Positions 58,033-64,000 of a DNA stretch of 64,000 nucleotides are shown here, in pieces. The notes beneath the pieces were generated by a model. That model made no database searches. It was not told the DNA's origin and saw only the letters and a program-made list of their open reading frames with translations. Positions within the stretch are counted from its first letter, which is position 1; each line of letters starts with the position of its first letter. Source of the stretch: an uncultured Anaerolineae bacterium (GTDB lineage: Bacteria > Chloroflexota > Anaerolineae > Aggregatilineales > Phototrophicaceae); contig CALKJO010000016.1 in assembly GCA_937995825.1 (NCBI GenBank), positions 18,370-82,369 on the forward strand. Reading direction: 5' to 3'. A program made the translations under genes and the position numbers.

Positions 58033-58356
58033 GATCCAAGCTCCCAATCATAAGAACGACCTGTTGCGGACAGGGGGATTACTGTGCTTACCGTCTATGA
58101 TAAATCATAGGCGATGTCGCCCGCGTTGTCCAACGATTGCGAGCCTTTTTCGTGAAAATTTCACAACTTTGCCGCAATCGTTATTAATTGTTTTAAAATA
58201 CAACAGAACATAAACCGATTTGCTCCTGGCGTTGGCTCAATTAAAACCACTCTGGACTGATACCACTGCTTGTCTAAAGCGTTACAATCATAGAGTGATT
58301 AATCCTGTGCGCTTGGCTGCGTGCCCGGCATCAAAAATTAAGGAGATTGATGGAAC

Positions 58357-60606
58357 ATGTCGATTACCAAGCAGGATGTTTTTGAGTACCACCGCCGAGG
58401 TCGCCCTGGCAAGATCGAAGTTGTCCCAACCAAGCCGCTGACGACACAGCGCGATCTGTCGCTGGCGTATTCGCCTGGAGTGGCGGAAGCGGTGCTTGAA
58501 ATTGCCGACAACCCGCTTGCCGTCTACGAGCTGACCGCCAAGCGCAATCTGGTCGCGGTCATCTCCAATGGGACGGCGATTCTGGGCTTGGGCAACAAGG
58601 GCGCGCTGGCAAGCAAGCCGGTCATGGAGGGCAAAGGCGTGCTGTTCAAGCGCTTTGCCGATGTGGACGTGTTCGACATCGAGATCAACGCCCGGACGGT
58701 CGAGGAGATGGTCACCGTCATCCGGGCGCTCGCCCCGACCTTTGGCGGGATCAACCTGGAGGACATCAAAGCGCCGGAATGCTTCGAGGTCGAGCGGCGC
58801 TTGCAAGCCGAACTCGATATCCCGGTTTTTCACGATGATCAGCATGGCACGGCGATCATCAGCGGCGCGGCGCTGCTCAACGCCCTGAAAGTCAACGGCA
58901 AACGGATCGAAGACCTGAAGATCGTGATCAGCGGCGCGGGCGCGTCTGCGATTGCGACCGCCGATTTTTACGTCTCGATGGGCGTGCAGCGGTCAAATAT
59001 CCTCATGGTGGACACGACCGGTGTGATCTACGCTGGGCGCGAGGACAACATGAACGAATACAAGCTGCGCTACGCCAGCTACACCGATGCGCGCACGCTG
59101 GCGGACGCCTGTGTCGGCATGGATGTCTTTCTGGGTCTGTCGAGCGCGGGTGTGCTAACGTCGGAGATGCTCAGGACGATGGCGGAAGACCCGATTGTGT
59201 TCGCGCTCGCCAACCCGACGCCGGAGATTATGCCCGAACTGGCGTTGGAGACGCGCAAGGACGTGATCATCGCGACCGGGCGCAGCGATTATCCCAATCA
59301 GGTCAACAACGTGCTGGGCTTCCCGTTCATCTTTCGCGGCGCGCTCGATGTCTACGCGCGGCAGATCAACGAGCCGATGAAGCAGGCGGCGGCGGCGGCG
59401 CTGGCGCAGCTCACGATGGAGGACGTGCCGGACAGCGTGCTGACCGCCTATGGGCTGTCATCGCTGCGCTTCGGGCGCGATTACCTGATCCCCAAGCCGC
59501 TCGATCCGCGCGTGCTACTCTGGGTTGCGCCGGCGGTCGCGCAGGCGGCAATGGCGAGCGGCGTGGCGCGGCGCGAGATCGACATCGCTGCCTACCGCCA
59601 AGAATTGATCGACCGCCAGGGCATCGGTCAGCAGGTGCGCAGCCGGATCGTCAACAAAGCGCGCTCCGGCGCGCCCAAGCGCGTGATCTACGCTGAGGGC
59701 GACGAGAGCAAGATCATCCGCGCCGCCGCGCAGGTGGCGGACGAGGGGATCGCCGCTCCGATCTTGATCGGACGGCGCGACCTGATCGAGCGCCAGATTG
59801 CGGATTTGGGGCTGCATTTCGCGCCCCAGATCGTCGATCCGTATCAGGACGACAAGCGCGCGCGCTATCAGCCCGCCCTGTACGAGCTGCGCCAGCGCAG
59901 CGGCGTGACGATGGCGAAGGCGCGCGCGCTGCTGCGGGATCGCAACTACCTGGGTCCGATGATGCTGCACATGGGCGAGGGCGATGCCTTCATCAGCGGC
60001 TTGACCTACGAATATCCCGACGTGGTGCGTCCAGCTTTGCAGCTTTTCCACACGCGACCTGGCGCGCGGCGCGCCAGCGGCGTCTACCTGGTGATCGTCA
60101 AGGGGCGCGTCTATCTGTTCACCGATGCGACGGTCAATATCGACCCCGACGCCGACACCCTGGCGGAGATCGCCATTCTCGCAGCGGATTTCGCCAAAAC
60201 GCTCGACATCGAGCCGAAGATCGCCATGCTCAGCTTCAGCAATTTCGGCAGCACGCCGCATCCACAGTCGCAGAAGGTGCGCCAGGCACTCGAGATCGTC
60301 CGCACGCGGCGCGCCGACCTGCTGATCGACGGCGAAATGCAGGCGGATGTCGCGGTCACGCCGGAATTGATCGAAGGACGCTATCCGTTCAGCCAGGTCA
60401 AGGATGCCAACGTGCTGGTCTTTCCCGATCTGGACAGCGCCAACGTCGCCTACAAACTGCTGGCGCGGCTGGGCGGCGCGGAGACCATCGGACCGATCCT
60501 GCTGGGGATCGGCGCGCCGATCCATGTCTTGCAGGCGGGCGACGATGTCGAGGACATCATCGCCATGACTGCGGTCGCCGTCATGGACGCGCAGAGCCGA
60601 GGATAG
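58357..60606 (+). CDS. maeB: NADP-dependent malic enzyme with PTA-like C-terminal domain
   Basis: DLSLAYSPGVA, KPVMEGK, NLEDIKAPECF, HDDQHGT, ATGRSD.PNQVNN, C-terminal IDGEMQAD..ANVLVFP. Confidence 0.95.
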   Translation: MSITKQDVFEYHRRGRPGKIEVVPTKPLTTQRDLSLAYSPGVAEAVLEIADNPLAVYELTAKRNLVAVISNGTAILGLGNKGALASKPVMEGKGVLFKRFADVDVFDIEINARTVEEMVTVIRALAPTFGGINLEDIKAPECFEVERRLQAELDIPVFHDDQHGTAIISGAALLNALKVNGKRIEDLKIVISGAGASAIATADFYVSMGVQRSNILMVDTTGVIYAGREDNMNEYKLRYASYTDARTLADACVGMDVFLGLSSAGVLTSEMLRTMAEDPIVFALANPTPEIMPELALETRKDVIIATGRSDYPNQVNNVLGFPFIFRGALDVYARQINEPMKQAAAAALAQLTMEDVPDSVLTAYGLSSLRFGRDYLIPKPLDPRVLLWVAPAVAQAAMASGVARREIDIAAYRQELIDRQGIGQQVRSRIVNKARSGAPKRVIYAEGDESKIIRAAAQVADEGIAAPILIGRRDLIERQIADLGLHFAPQIVDPYQDDKRARYQPALYELRQRSGVTMAKARALLRDRNYLGPMMLHMGEGDAFISGLTYEYPDVVRPALQLFHTRPGARRASGVYLVIVKGRVYLFTDATVNIDPDADTLAEIAILAADFAKTLDIEPKIAMLSFSNFGSTPHPQSQKVRQALEIVRTRRADLLIDGEMQADVAVTPELIEGRYPFSQVKDANVLVFPDLDSANVAYKLLARLGGAETIGPILLGIGAPIHVLQAGDDVEDIIAMTAVAVMDAQSRG

Positions 60607-60610
60607 GCGG

Positions 60611-61936
60611 CTACGTGATCTCCAGATAGAGCGCGCGCTCCCAGGGGTGGACGGCGAGCTGATATGCCGCCAGTTCCAGCCGCTTCACCTTGACAAATTC
60701 CGCCGCGATCACCGGAGACAATGGCGCAGTCAGCGTGAGGTCAGACTCGAACGCGGAGAGCGCCGTCTCCAGATCGCGGGGGAGAAAGTCGATCCCCCGT
60801 GCGGCAAGCGCGTCGGCGTCCATGTGACCGACATCGTCGGCGTGCATGTTCTCACCTGGATCAAGCTGGCGGTCGATGCCGTCCAAGCTCGCCGCCAGCA
60901 GCGCGGTCAGGTAGATATACGGGTTGCAGGTGCAGTCGCCAGCGCGATACTCGATCCGCGCCCGCTGGTGCGAGTCCGGCACGCGCACCAGCGTCCCGCG
61001 GTTGCCGACGCCCCAGGCGATGTGTGCCGGCGCCCATGATCCGGGCAGCAGCCGCTTGTAGCTGTTGACCGTCGGTGCGCCGACCCCGTTCAGACCGCGC
61101 GCGTGCGCCAGCAGTCCACCAACCACGTTCAGACCGAGCGGTGAAAGCGGGTCGCCAGCCAGCAGGTTGTGATCGCCGCGCCACAAGCCGAGATGGACAT
61201 GCAGCCCGCATCCGGGCAGATGATCGAATGCCTTCGGCATGTAGGACGCGATCATGCCGTGCTTAGTCGCCAGCGCTTTAACCACCAGCTTCGTGATCAG
61301 ATATTCGTCGGCGGCGGTCAGGGGATCGCTGTAGCGGACGGTGAATTCAAACTGCGACGGTCCGTACTCCTTGCCGAGCTGCTCGACCGAGATGCCCATC
61401 GTCTCCAGCGTCTCGACGATCTCCAGCATCAGCGGCGCATGGCGGCTCAGCCCAGCGACGGTGAACATACCGTCGGCGCTGGCAGGTTCGTAATCGCCCG
61501 TCTCCGTCTTGCGATAGAGCGCGAACTCAGCTTCAAGCGCCAGCGTGATGCGCATATCGCGTTGGCTGCAGCGCTCGACCATGCGGCGCAGCGCGGCGCG
61601 CGGGCAGCCGTCGAACGGCGTCCCGTCCTCATTCAGCATGAAGGCGTGAACGATGCCGACGCCGGGCAGGTGCGGCAGCGGGCGATAGCTGGTGGGGTCA
61701 GGCACGGCGAGAAAATCGCCCGTCTGCGCCTGGAAGATCGCGCCCTCCGCCATGTGATCGTTGAGCGCAAAGTCGAGGTTGGCGCGGGCGAAGACGATCC
61801 CGCGTTCGAGAGCATCGGCGAATTTGGACGCCGGGACGGTCTTGGCGCAGGCGCGCCCGTTGTAATCGTGGTAGACGATCCACAGATGGCGGATCGAGTC
61901 GGCGCGCAGCCGCGAGCGCAGGTCGGATGGAGTCAT
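60611..61936 (-). CDS. Glutamine synthetase-like gamma-glutamyl-amine ligase
   Basis: ALEAEF, EYGPSQFE, GCGLHVH, NSYKRL, NR..VR, IEYR..D...NPY; flap reads GSWAP rather than GYEAP. Confidence 0.85.
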   Translation of the reverse strand: MTPSDLRSRLRADSIRHLWIVYHDYNGRACAKTVPASKFADALERGIVFARANLDFALNDHMAEGAIFQAQTGDFLAVPDPTSYRPLPHLPGVGIVHAFMLNEDGTPFDGCPRAALRRMVERCSQRDMRITLALEAEFALYRKTETGDYEPASADGMFTVAGLSRHAPLMLEIVETLETMGISVEQLGKEYGPSQFEFTVRYSDPLTAADEYLITKLVVKALATKHGMIASYMPKAFDHLPGCGLHVHLGLWRGDHNLLAGDPLSPLGLNVVGGLLAHARGLNGVGAPTVNSYKRLLPGSWAPAHIAWGVGNRGTLVRVPDSHQRARIEYRAGDCTCNPYIYLTALLAASLDGIDRQLDPGENMHADDVGHMDADALAARGIDFLPRDLETALSAFESDLTLTAPLSPVIAAEFVKVKRLELAAYQLAVHPWERALYLEIT

Positions 61937-61980
61937 ATCAGTCAGCCGTTGAAGCCCATAACCAACATAAAAACACGATT

Positions 61981-62000
61981 ATTTGCAAGCGCAAATTATA
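61981..62000 (-). promoter_or_regulatory. -10 TATAAT overlapped by a palindromic operator upstream of the GS-like gene
   Basis: Minus-strand TATAAT (62000-61995) overlaps ATTTGC-N4-GCAAAT (61981-61996). Confidence 0.5.
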
Positions 62001-62029
62001 CGGAGACTTGGTTGAGGCGTATAGGGGCG

Positions 62030-62335
62030 TTAGTCCGCGCCCCAGGTGCGGTCGGCGTTGAGGCGCAGTTTGTCCATGACCGCCTGACCGAGATCGACTC
62101 CGCTCAGGCTGGCGAGCTGAAGCAGATAGAGCATGACATCGGCGAGTTCGCCCGCCAGCGCCGCCGCGTCGGACGGCTGATCGCCCCACTGAAACAGTTC
62201 CAGGACTTCTGCCGCCTCAATCGACAGCGAGATGGCGAGGTTGCGCGGGGTTTGCGGGCGTTTGCTGTCGGGGCGATACCAGCCCCTGCTTTCGACAAAA
62301 GCGTGCATCGCGTCTTCCAGGGTTTTGATGTCCAT
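62030..62335 (-). CDS. MazG-like nucleotide pyrophosphohydrolase
   Basis: RNLAISLSIEAAEVLELFQW, GELADV..YL. Confidence 0.88.
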   Translation of the reverse strand: MDIKTLEDAMHAFVESRGWYRPDSKRPQTPRNLAISLSIEAAEVLELFQWGDQPSDAAALAGELADVMLYLLQLASLSGVDLGQAVMDKLRLNADRTWGAD

Positions 62336-62339
62336 GAAT

Positions 62340-64000
62340 TCACCTCATGAAGGTCGTCAGGATCGCCAGACCGCTCGGCGCGGCATCTGCTCCGGTCACT
62401 TCAGCGCGCGCCAGCTCAGGATATGTGTACAGCACCACTGCCGCCGTATAGCGCCCTGACGGCAGATCGGGCGAAAGCGGAACCGCGCAGCCATCCTCGA
62501 TGAGATCGCCCGCCTTCCAATCGACTGTGCGCGCCGCGCCGCCGCGTGGCAGCGAGTCGGTCTGTGCGACGAGCATCCCGGCGCCGTTGAGGATGTGACA
62601 GCCGACATGGTAATCCGCCTCAGGGACAGCGTCCGCTGTCCAGCGCAGCGAAATGCGCGCTGCGTCAGCATCAATGACGATCTGGTAGGCAGCGAGCCGG
62701 ATCGCCGCGCCGAAACGGGCATCGAGCGGCTGCCACTCGGCATCCAGACGGCGCAGATCGAACAGCATCACCTTGCCGGAGTCGTAATCGAATTCGAGCG
62801 CGCGCAGTCCGCGCCCGCTCAGGTAATTTGGCACGAGCCGCATGGCGTCAAACCCGGACGGATCGCCGTATTCGACCAGCCAGACCCGCGCCGCGCCGCC
62901 GACGACTTCATCCAGGTAAGTTTCCGTGCCAGGGCGATTGACGCGCTCGACATCGAGCAGCGCGTGCGGGATGGCTTGCGGCGCATGGACAAAAATCAGC
63001 GCGATCTGCCCCGGATTGCTGAACAGGATGCGATCTCCAGGCTGTGCAGACGCCGCGATCCGCGCCATGACCGCTGCATAATCGCCTTTCGCCGTCTGCG
63101 GCTGACGATACCAATTGAGCGCAGACAGCGCCATGCCGACGATCAGCGCCGCCAAGAGGATCGCATTCACGATGCCGCGCGCGTAATGTTCGCGCCATGC
63201 GCCGGCGGTCTCGACCCCGATCAGCACGAACAGCGGCGCAATCGCGGCAATCGCAAAGCGCGGATCGAAATAGTCCAGCAGCCCACCCCAGGCGATCACC
63301 AGCGCAAACGTCAGCGCGACCCACAGTGCCAGCGCGACGCCGTTCGCCGTCCGCCGCATCCGCCACCCTCCGAACGCTGTCAGCGCCAGACCGAGGATGT
63401 AGACCTGCGGCAGTCCGGCTTCCGTGTAACCGAGAAACCAGAAGCGCAGGATCGCTGCCCCATCCTCCGGCGCGCGCGCCAGCGAGAAGCCGCCAGCGCG
63501 CAGATTGCTCGGCTGCGCCAGAAATGCCGCCTGACCGATCGCCCAGGGCAGGAACGCCAGCGCAAGCAGCATCTGCCCAGCAAACCATGTGCGCAGGCGT
63601 CCGCGCCAGCGCGCCAGCGCCGCCAGATTTTGCGCCGCGATGACCCAGAACGCGCCGTACTGCGTATACATCGCTGCCAGCGTCGTCAGCAGATAGAGCG
63701 CCCATGCGCCGCGCGTTGGAGTTTGAGTCAGGCGCAGAAAGCTGTACATGCTCGCGGCGGTCAGACATGCCAGCAGTGTGTACAGCCGCGCGTCCTGAGA
63801 CCAATAGAGCAGCGCCGGAGAGATTGCGGTCAGCGCGCCCGCCAGCAGACCGGCAGTCCATCCGCCCGACGCGCGCCGCCCAAGCGCGACCGCCAACGCG
63901 ACCGTCAGCACGCCGGGGATCAGCGCCGCGAAGCGCAGCGTAAACGCCGATTCGCCCGCCGCCCGCGCCATGAGCCACGCCAGCCCATGATAGAGCGGCG
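62340..64000 (-). CDS. GT-C (PMT/GT39-like) glycosyltransferase, 5' end beyond the window
   Basis: PPLYH..., FTLRF, SQDARLY, many TM helices and the same C-terminal Ig-like domain as 28203-30029; the frame stays open to the window end. Confidence 0.8.
   Translation of the reverse strand, partial: PLYHGLAWLMARAAGESAFTLRFAALIPGVLTVALAVALGRRASGGWTAGLLAGALTAISPALLYWSQDARLYTLLACLTAASMYSFLRLTQTPTRGAWALYLLTTLAAMYTQYGAFWVIAAQNLAALARWRGRLRTWFAGQMLLALAFLPWAIGQAAFLAQPSNLRAGGFSLARAPEDGAAILRFWFLGYTEAGLPQVYILGLALTAFGGWRMRRTANGVALALWVALTFALVIAWGGLLDYFDPRFAIAAIAPLFVLIGVETAGAWREHYARGIVNAILLAALIVGMALSALNWYRQPQTAKGDYAAVMARIAASAQPGDRILFSNPGQIALIFVHAPQAIPHALLDVERVNRPGTETYLDEVVGGAARVWLVEYGDPSGFDAMRLVPNYLSGRGLRALEFDYDSGKVMLFDLRRLDAEWQPLDARFGAAIRLAAYQIVIDADAARISLRWTADAVPEADYHVGCHILNGAGMLVAQTDSLPRGGAARTVDWKAGDLIEDGCAVPLSPDLPSGRYTAAVVLYTYPELARAEVTGADAAPSGLAILTTFMR

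Noticed and set aside
1-64000. CRISPR arrays, IS elements, prophage genes, rRNA, frameshifted pseudogenes
   Set aside because: No regularly spaced repeats, transposase, integrase or phage motifs, or rRNA signatures were recognised; recognised genes appear intact.

Overview
A 64-kb, high-GC, densely coding bacterial chromosome segment. Protein styles (FHA/TIR and FHA/REC fusions, GT-C proteins with a shared C-terminal domain, Ser/Thr kinase with SH3b-like domains, GAAC-N4-GTTC-type SOS box) point by inference to Chloroflexota, probably Anaerolineae. It holds about 57 CDS and one tRNA-Gly(GCC). These include clpB (partial), recA, maeB, an mmsA-type dehydrogenase, three ABC systems, surface-glycan genes, two-component and Ser/Thr/FHA signalling genes, and three O2-dependent enzymes (IDO-like dioxygenase, fatty-acid desaturase, Rieske oxygenase). 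No integrase, transposase, CRISPR array or rRNA was seen. The best leads are: (1) a dispersed amine-catabolism module (Rieske oxygenase, class III aminotransferase, gamma-glutamyl-amine ligase) with palindromic operators; (2) an FHA-FHA-TIR protein with Gln at the TIR catalytic Glu; (3) a multi-stem structured intergenic element at 49.7 kb containing a perfect TGTGA-N6-TCACA; (4) a 12-bp hairpin sequestering the clpB ribosome-binding site; (5) a DtxR-family repressor with a non-canonical metal site, divergent from a small CxC protein; (6) a eukaryote-like IDO with a substituted conserved Asp. All family calls come from motif recognition by eye; no database searches or folding programs were run, and start codons are best guesses.
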